64,000 nucleotides of DNA from an uncultured Gammaproteobacteria bacterium. GTDB taxonomy: Bacteria; Patescibacteriota; Microgenomatia; Levybacterales; UBA12049. The notes under the pieces were generated by a model. The model saw nothing but the letters and a program-made list of their open reading frames with translations. It ran no database searches and was not told the origin of the DNA. Position numbers and translations under genes: made by a program. Each line of letters starts with the position of its first letter. Positions within the stretch are counted from its first letter, which is position 1. Shown here piece after piece: positions 30,154 to 39,629 of the stretch. The DNA is taken from assembly GCA_964497535.1 (NCBI GenBank), contig CAZCCG010000004.1, positions 15,218-79,217 on the forward strand, read 5' to 3'.

Positions 30154-30251
30154 TTGACGGGTGGCACGACTGGAAGGGCTCCCGACAGCACGCATCTTGA
30201 TAAACATCAAGGAGTACTGACTGAAGGGAAAGTCGCGATAGGAGCCGTCAA
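30154..30251. repeat. GC-rich ~100-nt imperfect palindromic element (REP/MITE-like or structured RNA)
   Basis: ttgacgg/ccgtcaa ends with nested cgact/agtcg and cttgat/atcaag stems, filling the gap between two genes of one operon. Confidence 0.55.
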
Positions 30252-30254
30252 AAA

Positions 30255-30794
30255 TCATAATTTTTTTTCCTTTCTCAATTTATCTAACATCAGTATCCCA
30301 ATCATGCTTGCTGAGTGATTAATTTCACCACTCATTACTTTTGCCACCGCCTCCTGCAATGACATTTTTATAACTTCTATATCTTCATCTTCTTCCGGTT
30401 TTGCTTGCCCAAATGTTAAATCTTTTGCCAAGAATAAATGTGCTTGAGCCCGAAAAACGCTTCCTGCCAGTTCAATACGCGATAATTCCTCCCATTGGTT
30501 TGCGGATATTCCTGTTTCTTCTATTAATTCCCGTTTTGCTGCCTGGACTGAAGTCTCTCCTGTATCGATAAACCCTGCCATTGCTTCAAGTGTTTTTTTC
30601 TCAAGCATGTAGCGATATTGGGATACAAGATAAAGTTCATATGAATTGGTTAATGGAAAAACGGTAACAGTTGGATTTCTTCTGGCAATATGATGTATTT
30701 TTTCTTTTTTATTTGGGCGCTGTAGCTTGAGTTCTTCAACAGTAAATAGCTTTGCTTTAAAAGCAGTCTTTTGTGAAACAATCTTTGACTTCAT
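30255..30794 (-). CDS. NUDIX hydrolase, ADP-ribose pyrophosphatase-like
   Basis: QYRY, AG.ID.GE...AAKREL.EETG, EEDEDIEV. Confidence 0.85.
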   Translation of the reverse strand: MKSKIVSQKTAFKAKLFTVEELKLQRPNKKEKIHHIARRNPTVTVFPLTNSYELYLVSQYRYMLEKKTLEAMAGFIDTGETSVQAAKRELIEETGISANQWEELSRIELAGSVFRAQAHLFLAKDLTFGQAKPEEDEDIEVIKMSLQEAVAKVMSGEINHSASMIGILMLDKLRKEKKL

Positions 30795-31219
30795 TTTACT
30801 ATTCCGTTTTTAAGGTCCTCTTCACTATACTCCACTTGTTCATCTTTCAAATTTGGGTCATAGGCAGGATCCGGATAATTTATAAGCCATGCTTCCTCAT
30901 CACCAATATTAAGCAATCCTGTTGCAATATCTTTGGGAATAAATAACCGTTGAGGATTGGCTGCATCTAGTATATGTTCTTCACGATCTTGTTGTCCCGG
31001 AGTCTGAAGAATAATCTTCATTTTCCCTTTCAAACAAATATACCGTGCTGCCCGTACTCGGTGAAGATGATACCCTTTGAATGCACCTGGAGCTGCTGAG
31101 GTAAGATAAGCAACGGTCTTTTCTCCATCTTTGTAAAGCTCAATGAGAAACCCATTTTCATTATTATTGTGATCTTTCGTTAAAACTTTTTTTGCTTCTT
31201 CTACAACTGCGATACTCAT
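30791..31219 (-). CDS. Cupin, dTDP-sugar 3,5-epimerase/isomerase-like (RmlC/WxcM-like)
   Basis: G.L.E, PG.FKGYHLH, LFIPK..A.G; located in the rml cluster. Confidence 0.7.
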   Translation of the reverse strand: MSIAVVEEAKKVLTKDHNNNENGFLIELYKDGEKTVAYLTSAAPGAFKGYHLHRVRAARYICLKGKMKIILQTPGQQDREEHILDAANPQRLFIPKDIATGLLNIGDEEAWLINYPDPAYDPNLKDEQVEYSEEDLKNGIVK

Positions 31220-31956
31220 GACAAGTCACCTGCCTTTATTTTTTCTGCAACTAAATTATTTGCCCGTAGCAGTTCATCATATGATGTTCCCGCATCTATC
31301 CACCAATCCAAAAGTTCCCCATGTAATGTTCCTTCTTTTAAATACATGTTATTCAAATCAGTTACTTCTAATTCACCTCGAGCAGAGGGCTTTAACTGTT
31401 GTATAAATTCAAAAACTCTCTCATCGTACATATAAAGACCTGTCTGTGCAATATTTGATTTCGGATGCTCCGGTTTTTCCTCTATAGACAGAACTTTCCC
31501 CTTCTCGTCCATTTCGATTACTCCATATTGTCCGGAGTCTGTAGGCATTTTTACTCCATAGACGACTGCTCCTTTATCTCTCTTATAAAAACTTTCTATA
31601 ACCGGTTGTAAATCTACATTAAAAATGTTATCTCCCAGCGTAACTAATATTCGCTCCTCTTTTGCAAATTCTTTTGCATATGAAATTCCGTCGGATATTC
31701 CTCCTTTGGGATTCTGTTGAACTCCATAATAAATTCTTAAACCAAATTCTTCGCCGGCTTTAAGTAAATTGGCGAAATGGCCTGCGTGATCCGGAGATGT
31801 AAGAAGAAGAACTTCTTTGATACCTGCTTTTACCATAGTATCAATGGAATAATAGATCATCGGCTTATTGTATACCGGAAGAAGATGCTTATTAGTAACC
31901 CACGTAAGAGGTCGAAGCCTCGTAGCTAATCCTCCTGCTAGAATTACGCCTTTCAC
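31216..31956 (-). CDS. rmlA: Glucose-1-phosphate thymidylyltransferase
   Basis: GVILAGG.ATRLRPLT..NKHLLPVY, LGDN, EEKP, RGELEVTD; GTG start. Confidence 0.9.
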   Translation of the reverse strand: MKGVILAGGLATRLRPLTWVTNKHLLPVYNKPMIYYSIDTMVKAGIKEVLLLTSPDHAGHFANLLKAGEEFGLRIYYGVQQNPKGGISDGISYAKEFAKEERILVTLGDNIFNVDLQPVIESFYKRDKGAVVYGVKMPTDSGQYGVIEMDEKGKVLSIEEKPEHPKSNIAQTGLYMYDERVFEFIQQLKPSARGELEVTDLNNMYLKEGTLHGELLDWWIDAGTSYDELLRANNLVAEKIKAGDLS

Positions 31957-32223
31957 TTAGAATCCTCCTTTCACAAAGAAGAAAAATATAGCAATACCGA
32001 TACTGCTCATAAGTACATATTCTACCACAATTTTTACTGTTATGTTATGGTCTAGATAATGATGCAAAATACCCAAGATAACATAAAAAAATGCCATCAG
32101 GACAACTATACCCGTTTGTAACTGGAGATTTGTCCGAGATTGCAAGGCTACAACAAATCCTAACAGTAACATGAAAATGAGAATTATGTAATATCCCCGA
32201 TGATGTCTCAAGTCTTTTAACAT
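31957..32223 (-). CDS. Small membrane protein (3 TM)
   Basis: Hydrophobic; Y..LGILHH..KIVVEY; tightly packed in operon. Confidence 0.7.
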   Translation of the reverse strand: MLKDLRHHRGYYIILIFMLLLGFVVALQSRTNLQLQTGIVVLMAFFYVILGILHHYLDHNITVKIVVEYVLMSSIGIAIFFFFVKGGF

Positions 32224-33095
32224 TATAAGGTAATCCCCCTTCCAAAGAGAAGTATTAACATAAGTATTGTCGTTAGGAACAAAATATGATCAACATTATG
32301 CCCTACAATTCTCACAATCCTTCGTCGTTGTACCAGTATCATATCGACAATTAATACAAATATAAAGAGGAAAAGTATAAGGATTGCAATATTTGACGCA
32401 ATTACTTTACTATCAAAAAATGGTTGTTTTATGATCGAACCAATAACAATACCATTTGAAGACGGTAGCACCGGCACAGTAGGATTCACAATCTGAGCCG
32501 GTTGATCTGTGATCGATCCAGTGGCTATCGTATCTGTCTGGTTCCCAAACATCTCAACTACCAGTGTTGTATTCTCACCCAAAAGCTTCCCATCCATAAT
32601 TGCGAAACCAATATCCTGATAATTAGGTGATAACATATTTTGACGATGTGTGGGACTTGCCATCCATGCATCCACTACATCAGATGAGTCTGTAAAGCCA
32701 CGAGCCAAATTTTCTCCTGCATACACATAACTATAACCCGAATTTTTAATAAATACCCAAGGAGTAGTTCCATCAGGAGCATTATGTGCCCAGAAATTCT
32801 TTACAAACATATATTTTGCTTTCATAAGTGCTGCCTGAGACAATTCAGAATTAAGGCTGAGTGGATTCATCCCATGAGCGATACGTTGCTGGTTGGTTAA
32901 GGCCAAAAGATCCTGGGCGCTGATATCAGTCGTTACACCTAAAACTCCGGAATAATTTGTTTTAACAGAAGAAAGAAATAACCCAGTCAGTATCAAAAAT
33001 GTAATAAGAAGTATAAGGGAGAAATGATGAAGGACTTTGGGTCGATGATTATTGGAAGACCGCGGTAAAAAAAGATGGTGCAGAAAATCTTTCAT
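32223..33095 (-). CDS. CAP/SCP domain membrane protein
   Basis: TNQQR, WAH..PDG, AGENLARGF, WMASPTHR.N; start reassigned to MKDFLHH. Confidence 0.85.
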   Translation of the reverse strand: MKDFLHHLFLPRSSNNHRPKVLHHFSLILLITFLILTGLFLSSVKTNYSGVLGVTTDISAQDLLALTNQQRIAHGMNPLSLNSELSQAALMKAKYMFVKNFWAHNAPDGTTPWVFIKNSGYSYVYAGENLARGFTDSSDVVDAWMASPTHRQNMLSPNYQDIGFAIMDGKLLGENTTLVVEMFGNQTDTIATGSITDQPAQIVNPTVPVLPSSNGIVIGSIIKQPFFDSKVIASNIAILILFLFIFVLIVDMILVQRRRIVRIVGHNVDHILFLTTILMLILLFGRGITL

Positions 33096-33132
33096 GAAAT
33101 AAAGTCTTGATTGTATATCTACTTCCAGTATA

Positions 33133-33471
33133 TCACTCATACACCGGCTCGGCAAAGTCACCAATCGGTTTCCCATTAACAGGGATAGTAAGTGAGTATG
33201 CCAATGCATTTGCGATAGAAATTCCAACCCGAAGTCCGGTAAATGATCCCGGTCCCTGCGCAACTTCAATAGACGTAATATCTGTAGGGTCTAAATGGTG
33301 TTCTGCTAATATTTCTTCAACCAATGGTAAAACTACCTGTGACTTTTGCACACCAATCTCTTCTCTTTTTTCATAGGATTTCCCATCAATCCTCAAGCCA
33401 ACCACAATTTCCTTATTACTCGAAGTATCAATTGATAAAACTATCTCCTTAATTCCTAATTCATAATTCAT
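33133..33471 (-). CDS. tsaB: t6A biosynthesis protein TsaB (short, N-terminal domain only)
   Basis: LSIDTS, GPGSFTGLRVG motif; start overlaps tsaC stop. Confidence 0.85.
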   Translation of the reverse strand: MNYELGIKEIVLSIDTSSNKEIVVGLRIDGKSYEKREEIGVQKSQVVLPLVEEILAEHHLDPTDITSIEVAQGPGSFTGLRVGISIANALAYSLTIPVNGKPIGDFAEPVYE

Positions 33472-34058
33472 AATTCTAAAGATACTGCCCCTTCCCGTAG
33501 AATTTTCCAGGGTTTTTGAGTACAATCAATAACCGTCGATGCCTGCTTGAATAGTACTTCTCCTTGGACTACACAATCTACCAGTTTCAAAAGTCTTGAA
33601 TCAAGTTCTTCAAAAGAATATGGTGTTTTTTTTCCATGAAAGTTCGCAGAAGGACCAAGAATTGGAAGTCCAAGTTCACGAATAAGCGTTCGTGCTAGCG
33701 GATGGTTGGGAATACGAACTCCAAGTGTTGTACTTTTTCCCCGGACAAGTTCCGGAATTTTTTCTGTTTTACACGGCAGAACAATTGTCAAAGCACCCGG
33801 CCAGTATGGCTCAATAAGATTATTAATAACCTCTTTCGGAATAGGTTGTAAATAATCCTGTGCCATTTTGACCGTATCAACCAGAACCGGGGTTGCTTTC
33901 GTTGGCGGCCTTTTTCTGATTTCAAATAATCGCTTGACTGCTTTTTCATTATCAATCCTGCATCCGATTCCATAAGCAGTATCGGTAGGGAAAACTACAA
34001 TCCCCCCGTTTTTTAAAACATCAATCGCTTCCTTAATATTTAGATTATCTATTTTCAT
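33468..34058 (-). CDS. tsaC: Threonylcarbamoyl-AMP synthase TsaC/Sua5
   Basis: FPTDTAYG, K.RP, WPGALT, VRIPNH, PSAN, STVID. Confidence 0.93.
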   Translation of the reverse strand: MKIDNLNIKEAIDVLKNGGIVVFPTDTAYGIGCRIDNEKAVKRLFEIRKRPPTKATPVLVDTVKMAQDYLQPIPKEVINNLIEPYWPGALTIVLPCKTEKIPELVRGKSTTLGVRIPNHPLARTLIRELGLPILGPSANFHGKKTPYSFEELDSRLLKLVDCVVQGEVLFKQASTVIDCTQKPWKILREGAVSLEL

Positions 34059-34109
34059 ATGGTATAAAATATCAAAAATTAAACATTAAATATATTTCAT
34101 ATTTACTAT

Positions 34110-34541
34110 TTAATATTTACTATGAATCATTATCTCTCTCCTATTTCCTCCCAAATCTCTGAAATGAATTTCTGTTCTTTTTTCAGGTAATAACTTCCCG
34201 AGCTTTTCCGGCCATTCGATTACTACAATAGCATTTTTATCTTCTAATAACTCCCCCAGACCTATATTCTTTAAATCAACCTCTGTTTGTGTTCTGTATA
34301 AATCGATATGATACAAACTCTTTCCTTTTATTTCATATTTCCTTGCAATAATAAATGTAGGAGAAATGATGCGTTGTTCAATTCCTAACCCTTTTGCCAA
34401 ACCTTGCACAAAAGTAGTTTTACCACTTCCTAAATCACCATATAACAAAAGGGCAACTCCGGGTGTTATTTGTTTTGATAAAATACTACCCGCTGATTGC
34501 GTTTCTTCAAAGCTCTTTGTCTCTATTCTACTTTCTCCCAT
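34110..34541 (-). CDS. tsaE: t6A biosynthesis ATPase TsaE
   Basis: GDLGSGKTTF, SPTF, HIDLYR, IEWPE. Confidence 0.95.
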   Translation of the reverse strand: MGESRIETKSFEETQSAGSILSKQITPGVALLLYGDLGSGKTTFVQGLAKGLGIEQRIISPTFIIARKYEIKGKSLYHIDLYRTQTEVDLKNIGLGELLEDKNAIVVIEWPEKLGKLLPEKRTEIHFRDLGGNRREIMIHSKY

Positions 34542-35470
34542 AATAATTTCTTAATTCTACCACGAAATTGGAAAACGGCACAGCCAAGGATCAGGAGAAT
34601 TCCACTTATCACTGTGGCTATCGGAAACAAAGACTGATTGGTTACCCCCTGTACTGATACTTTATTTATTTTGTGGGGAGTCGGTAGTATCGGAGCAGAA
34701 ACACTGGCAGTAAGCACTGAGGAGGAGGAACTTACCAATACCTGGGTATCAGATAATTTAGATAAAGCGGTAGGGGAACTACCGGTAGAAACGTATACAA
34801 CACTTGATGATAATTGAGATATTTTTGTGGTGGGATTAGCTGGCTTTGAAGTAATTGTTGGAGCAAATGTTACCGTAGGTTTTGGAGTCACGCTCGGCTT
34901 AGACGATGGTGTTGGTGAAGCCGGTTTTGGCGTGGAACTAGGTTTTATGGTCGGTGTAGGAAGAGTTGTTAGGGTAGGAGGAATAATTGTAGGGGTTACC
35001 GTAGGCGCTGGTATGGAAGAATTATTGCTTGACCCTTTTGAAGGTGAATTAAAAATCACCCATCCTCCTAATCCATCTGTATTTCTCCCAAAAGTTGCAT
35101 TTACACCCGGACTGATTTCATATGCATAACTATCTATAACGGTTGTTCCATTCAGAAGTTGTAGGACATCAGATGTCGAGGTATTTAGGTTAAAATAACT
35201 ACTTTCGAATACTTTAAATTCGTGCGGTGAAATAATAGTTCCCGACGGAATTACAAACTTTTCCGATCCACCTGAGTCATCAATGAACCATCCGCCAATA
35301 TCGAGAGGACTTGATCCAATGTTATAAAGCTCTACCCATTGCTGGCTGGAAGGATCAACAAGGAATTCATTAATTACGATATCTGCAGCAAAAACTTCTT
35401 GAGGAACAAAAAAACAACCTAAAATAAATAAGGCAATAGAAAACAGGTGGGCAGTCTGTCTTGGGCTCAT
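34523..35470 (-). CDS. Lamin-tail domain surface protein with Pro/Thr/Ser linker and C-terminal TM
   Basis: Signal peptide; VINEF..WVELYN..DIGGW.I.D; PT-rich stalk. Confidence 0.8.
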   Translation of the reverse strand: MSPRQTAHLFSIALFILGCFFVPQEVFAADIVINEFLVDPSSQQWVELYNIGSSPLDIGGWFIDDSGGSEKFVIPSGTIISPHEFKVFESSYFNLNTSTSDVLQLLNGTTVIDSYAYEISPGVNATFGRNTDGLGGWVIFNSPSKGSSNNSSIPAPTVTPTIIPPTLTTLPTPTIKPSSTPKPASPTPSSKPSVTPKPTVTFAPTITSKPANPTTKISQLSSSVVYVSTGSSPTALSKLSDTQVLVSSSSSVLTASVSAPILPTPHKINKVSVQGVTNQSLFPIATVISGILLILGCAVFQFRGRIKKLLWEKVE

Positions 35471-35525
35471 TGCTCTTCTTTAAGAATAGCATTCTTGTGT
35501 AAAAAAACAAGAGGAGAGAACGTTC

Positions 35526-36752
35526 TTAAAATGCTACTCTATCAATTTCAAAAATGCTACCAACACTATAGTTATCTGTAAAGGAAATTTTATGACCTCC
35601 TTCAATATAGGGATCATTCATGGTATAACTTCCATTAGAACCGCTCAGAATGACAACAAAATGAGTACCGCCATACGCACGAATACCTACAACTACCGGA
35701 CCACTTCCCAAAGCTGAATCAAGCGCTGCACCGATACGTTGAGAGGTAGCACCATCGGCTGAAATCGTATATTGTAAATATGCAGGATAATAAGAAGCAA
35801 AATTAGAAGAGTTTGAATTAATTGTTTGAGGTGTTACACCCCGATGGCCATAGTGAGTATACATCATTGCCATAGACGTAACCAGACATCCATCACTCGC
35901 TATAGTATATCCTGTTCCGTTAAGAGAGTTCCCTCCCCACTGACTATCTCTTTGATTATAATAACACCCCCAATCATCACACACTGTTTGGTTTCCAAGT
36001 AGTGATGCTCCTCCAAAATTTGCTGTAAACCTGGAAAACCCTGCTAGTTGAGCTTTTGCCTGTGAAAGTAACCGCTGATAGTTTGCTTCGCTTCCTTGTG
36101 TCTGAGCAAGCAGCGCCTGCTTGTTTTGTTTATCAGCAGCCAGTTGCTTTGTGTAACCCTCAAGCTGTGTTTTTAAAGCTTCTACTTTTTTCTTTTTATC
36201 CTCAAGAATACCTTTTTGATTTTGATAATCGTCTTTTGCTTGTTGAGCTTCTGTCAACAATTTTTTATCATGAGCCTGTACGATTCTTAAGTAATTTGCT
36301 TTGAAAAAGAAATCGGATGCACCATTTGCCGACATAAGAACTTGAAGAGGCGCTACTGAACCAACTTCATAGGTATGGACAACTCTATGGAAAAGCACCT
36401 TTGAAAGATCACTTAAAGATGTTTCCAAATGGGAAATTTTGTGGGCTGCCAGGTCAATATCTTCTGTTAATGATTTAATTTGTGATTCTGTAGAATTAAT
36501 CCTGAGTTCTGTCAATTTAATCTGACTATCCATCGCGGAAATTTGATTAGAAAAAGTGTTTTCCTGGTTTTTTAGATCACCAATTTTATTTTCTAAATCT
36601 TTTATCTGCTGCTGAAGCTGCGTCTTTTGGTCAGAGTTTGAACTGGTTGATGTGGGAGTAGGAGTTACCGTTTGAGCAAAAGAAGAATTGTTACCCAATA
36701 CCAAAAATAAAAAAACCCATAGTATAAAAATTGGAAGAGATAGTTTCCTCAT
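35526..36752 (-). CDS. Secreted coiled-coil (PcsB/CwlO-like) protein with C-terminal C39-like peptidase domain
   Basis: Signal peptide, long coiled coil, YNQRDSQW..GCLVTS..HFVV..NDP; downstream of ftsEX. Confidence 0.75.
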   Translation of the reverse strand: MRKLSLPIFILWVFLFLVLGNNSSFAQTVTPTPTSTSSNSDQKTQLQQQIKDLENKIGDLKNQENTFSNQISAMDSQIKLTELRINSTESQIKSLTEDIDLAAHKISHLETSLSDLSKVLFHRVVHTYEVGSVAPLQVLMSANGASDFFFKANYLRIVQAHDKKLLTEAQQAKDDYQNQKGILEDKKKKVEALKTQLEGYTKQLAADKQNKQALLAQTQGSEANYQRLLSQAKAQLAGFSRFTANFGGASLLGNQTVCDDWGCYYNQRDSQWGGNSLNGTGYTIASDGCLVTSMAMMYTHYGHRGVTPQTINSNSSNFASYYPAYLQYTISADGATSQRIGAALDSALGSGPVVVGIRAYGGTHFVVILSGSNGSYTMNDPYIEGGHKISFTDNYSVGSIFEIDRVAF

Positions 36753-36819
36753 AAAAAATTTTGCTGTTTAATCTTATTTTAAAAGACACCTGTAAATAAT
36801 TACTTTATATTTAACCTCA

Positions 36820-37686
36820 TTATTTGAGATAGCGAAGAACAGCTAAAAAGCTGGAAACAACACCCAGAAATATTGCAAAAACAAATTCTGCTGCGAGTAA
36901 TTCCAACAAGAAGAGCGGATGAACCGGCAGAATAGGGATTCCTCGTAAAAAAGTCGTTAGAAGCGGTGTCGCATACCACAAAGCACCTACAGATATCGAC
37001 CATCCAATAAAGGCTCCAATAAGACCATATATAACCCCTTCCAGAATAAACGGCCATCTTACATACCAGTTGGTTGCACCGATCAACCGCATGATTTCAA
37101 TCTCTTCTCTTTTTTGGGAAATCTTAATTCCTATGATAATCATCATAATAAATATAGAATCCAAGGCGAGTATTATAATAAGTCCGATTCCAATTTTTCG
37201 AAGCGCTGATGTCCATTTTGTCAAATTGGATACAACATCTTTTGGAAATATGACTTCCTGGACAATCGAAGAGTTGTCTAGAGTATGAGAAATACCTGCC
37301 AAATCATTAATATCTTTGGTAGAAATTTCCAAAGAGGAAGGCAGCATATCTGCTGTTACAAATTCCAAAAGAAGCGGGTCATCTTTAAATTTATCCTTAT
37401 ATATTTTTAAGGCTTGTTGTTTGGAGACAAATCGCACAGAGGAAACTTTTCCGCTGGATACTAATTGGCTTTTAAGTGCAGTAATATTTTCCGGACGAGC
37501 TTCATCTTTGAAAAATACATTTACTTGAGGAAGTGATTCAAAATAAGAAATTATTTTTGCGGATCCGAAAATAATAAATGTAAAAATTGATGCGACAAAA
37601 AATGTCTGGAGGATGATAAAAATAGCGGCAAATGCCTGATAAGGGGATCTTCGAATATGATGCCATGCTGTCTTAAAATGCTTCAT
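36820..37686 (-). CDS. ftsX: Cell division permease FtsX
   Basis: VSK.QAL, LP.S.EI, EEIEIMRLIGAT.WYVRWPFILEG. Confidence 0.93.
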   Translation of the reverse strand: MKHFKTAWHHIRRSPYQAFAAIFIILQTFFVASIFTFIIFGSAKIISYFESLPQVNVFFKDEARPENITALKSQLVSSGKVSSVRFVSKQQALKIYKDKFKDDPLLLEFVTADMLPSSLEISTKDINDLAGISHTLDNSSIVQEVIFPKDVVSNLTKWTSALRKIGIGLIIILALDSIFIMMIIIGIKISQKREEIEIMRLIGATNWYVRWPFILEGVIYGLIGAFIGWSISVGALWYATPLLTTFLRGIPILPVHPLFLLELLAAEFVFAIFLGVVSSFLAVLRYLK

Positions 37687-38363
37687 TTATGATATTTCCC
37701 TCCTTTTTCATCCCTGGCAATTCTTCCTTTTTCAAGGGCAATAACTCTTTTTTTAAGCGTATTCACAATATCTGCGTTATGAGTTGCCATAATAACAGTT
37801 GTACCTCGTTTATTAATCTCTTCAAGCAATGCTACAATTTCATTACTGGTTTTTGGATCTAAATTGCCGGTGGGTTCATCTGCCAACAAAATATCAGGTG
37901 ATAAAACCAGTGCTCGAGCAATTGCTGCTCGCTGCAGTTCTCCTCCGGAGAGTTGAACAGGAAATTTATCTTTATGGGTTTCTATACCTACCAAAGCCAT
38001 TACCTCATCTACTTTTTGGACTGCTTCAGGTTTTTTTACGCCGGCAACTTCAAGCGGCAAAACAATATTTTCGAAAATAGTTCTATCAACTAAAAGCTTC
38101 AGGTTTTGAAATACAACACCTATTTTTTTTCTATAATGAGGGAGTTTTTTACGAGGAAGTTTAACCAAATTAAAATCACTTACAACTATTTCGCCGGATG
38201 TTGGAAGAGTATCCCGAATAAGAAGACGAAAGAGGGTTGTTTTACCTGATCCGGTTGGACCCACTAAAAAAACAAATTCACCTTTTTCAATAGTTATATT
38301 GATATCTACCAAACCGGAGACTCCGGTTCCAAATACCTTAGATACTTTTTCCAAACGTATCAT
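37683..38363 (-). CDS. ftsE: Cell division ATPase FtsE
   Basis: GEFVFLVGPTGSGKT, LSGGELQR, ADEPTGNLD, MATHN. Confidence 0.93.
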   Translation of the reverse strand: MIRLEKVSKVFGTGVSGLVDINITIEKGEFVFLVGPTGSGKTTLFRLLIRDTLPTSGEIVVSDFNLVKLPRKKLPHYRKKIGVVFQNLKLLVDRTIFENIVLPLEVAGVKKPEAVQKVDEVMALVGIETHKDKFPVQLSGGELQRAAIARALVLSPDILLADEPTGNLDPKTSNEIVALLEEINKRGTTVIMATHNADIVNTLKKRVIALEKGRIARDEKGGKYHK

Positions 38364-38399
38364 ACATTGATTTTCTTTCCTTCGGAAATTAAAATACTA

Positions 38400-38843
38400 T
38401 TACAGCACTTCTATCTTCCCAACATCCATTAACCATCCTGCTTTCTGAGCTTTTTGCGTCTGTCCCCATACTTTTACTTTGTGCTTTAAATACTTTGATA
38501 AATCAATAATTGATGACGTCAAATATACATTTTGGCTGTCTCCTCCCGGTCGTACTAAATGATATTGACCTTCTCCATCAATACCCCCATCCTGCAAAAC
38601 TCCTTCTGTTGTATCTTTAAATGTTTCAATATCGTTCGTGCCCTCAACTGTTCCTTTGGCAACTGATGCCCCTCCTACTGAAGGAATAGCAGAACTCAAA
38701 CTTCCCCCTTGAGCACGAGGAGCTATGATATATCCTGTTCCGATACCTAACATGGCAACAACAACTAAAACCAAAATAACCTTTCCGGTCATCAATGGCC
38801 CGTCTGTTTGGTTAAAATCATGAAGTAATGAAGAATCATTCAT
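38400..38843 (-). CDS. Membrane-anchored hypothetical protein
   Basis: One TM then beta-rich domain (GEG..HL.RPGG.SQ.VYLTSS, AGWLMDVG). Confidence 0.75.
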   Translation of the reverse strand: MNDSSLLHDFNQTDGPLMTGKVILVLVVVAMLGIGTGYIIAPRAQGGSLSSAIPSVGGASVAKGTVEGTNDIETFKDTTEGVLQDGGIDGEGQYHLVRPGGDSQNVYLTSSIIDLSKYLKHKVKVWGQTQKAQKAGWLMDVGKIEVL

Positions 38844-39105
38844 AATCTGTTATATCTTTCACCTCCCTCTCTTTTTATTACTATTAATAGAAGAACTAAG
38901 TCCTATAAATATATTATAGGCAACTCCCGCAAAACCCGATTGGGTGAGAGGGGATAGGTTACTCTTTAAGTAAAGCATAAATCCTTGTTTTTGGCAACCC
39001 TACGGCTTCATAAATTCCCTGTTTGAAGCTAAAATCATGTACGAAAATTGAGAGTATTTTATAATTATTACACTAAAATAGATGAGATGTCAAAAATGAG
39101 AACCA

Positions 39106-39627
39106 TTAATATAAATCTTTATGCAGAAAGCGTGCAAGAGCAAAAGCAACTCCGTGCTCAACTCCTGTCGCACGAGTTACAACTCCTTTGGTCATAATAC
39201 CAAACATACCGATTCCTTCTCCTATTTTTTTGGTACCAAATAGCTCATCTACTGCTTGCTCTAAATTTTTACCGTTTTTAATTTTATCAATAACAATTGG
39301 GGGCAACACAAGCCCTCCTGATGCTCCCACTCCCACAGAACCCGTTCTGTCAACAATAACAACCAATGAATGTTCAAACCACCCATGTTTGTATTCTTGC
39401 AAACCTCCTTCTATACCTACACCAAATTGTGCGTCTTTTACTTTTTTTAAAGCATTCTTAGCACGATTAAATGCTCCCTGATACATTTCATCTATATTCA
39501 TCGGTTGATCAGAAACTCCCGATGAGACAGTAACACCTGCCACTGTAACATCTTTAAAATGCTTGGAAAAAATAGTTTTGACTGGTGTTATTTTGGTCGG
39601 ATTGGTAGACCCAACAGCAATAAGCAT
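39106..39627 (-). CDS. yjjX: Inosine/xanthosine triphosphatase (YjjX/DUF84)
   Basis: GSTNP.K, SGVSDQP, GA.NRA, VGIEGG, G..G..T.G.VTR. Confidence 0.9.
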   Translation of the reverse strand: MLIAVGSTNPTKITPVKTIFSKHFKDVTVAGVTVSSGVSDQPMNIDEMYQGAFNRAKNALKKVKDAQFGVGIEGGLQEYKHGWFEHSLVVIVDRTGSVGVGASGGLVLPPIVIDKIKNGKNLEQAVDELFGTKKIGEGIGMFGIMTKGVVTRATGVEHGVAFALARFLHKDLY

Positions 39628-39629
39628 AG

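Noticed and set aside
34800-35020. Low-complexity repeats in the lamin-tail gene
   Set aside because: Ordinary Pro/Thr/Ser linker coding sequence
38900-39030. c-di-GMP-I or c-di-AMP riboswitch
   Set aside because: Only a gttgcc-like 3' fragment is present; the GGCAAAC/GAAA/CGCAAA and GCTGAATC cores are absent on the sense strand
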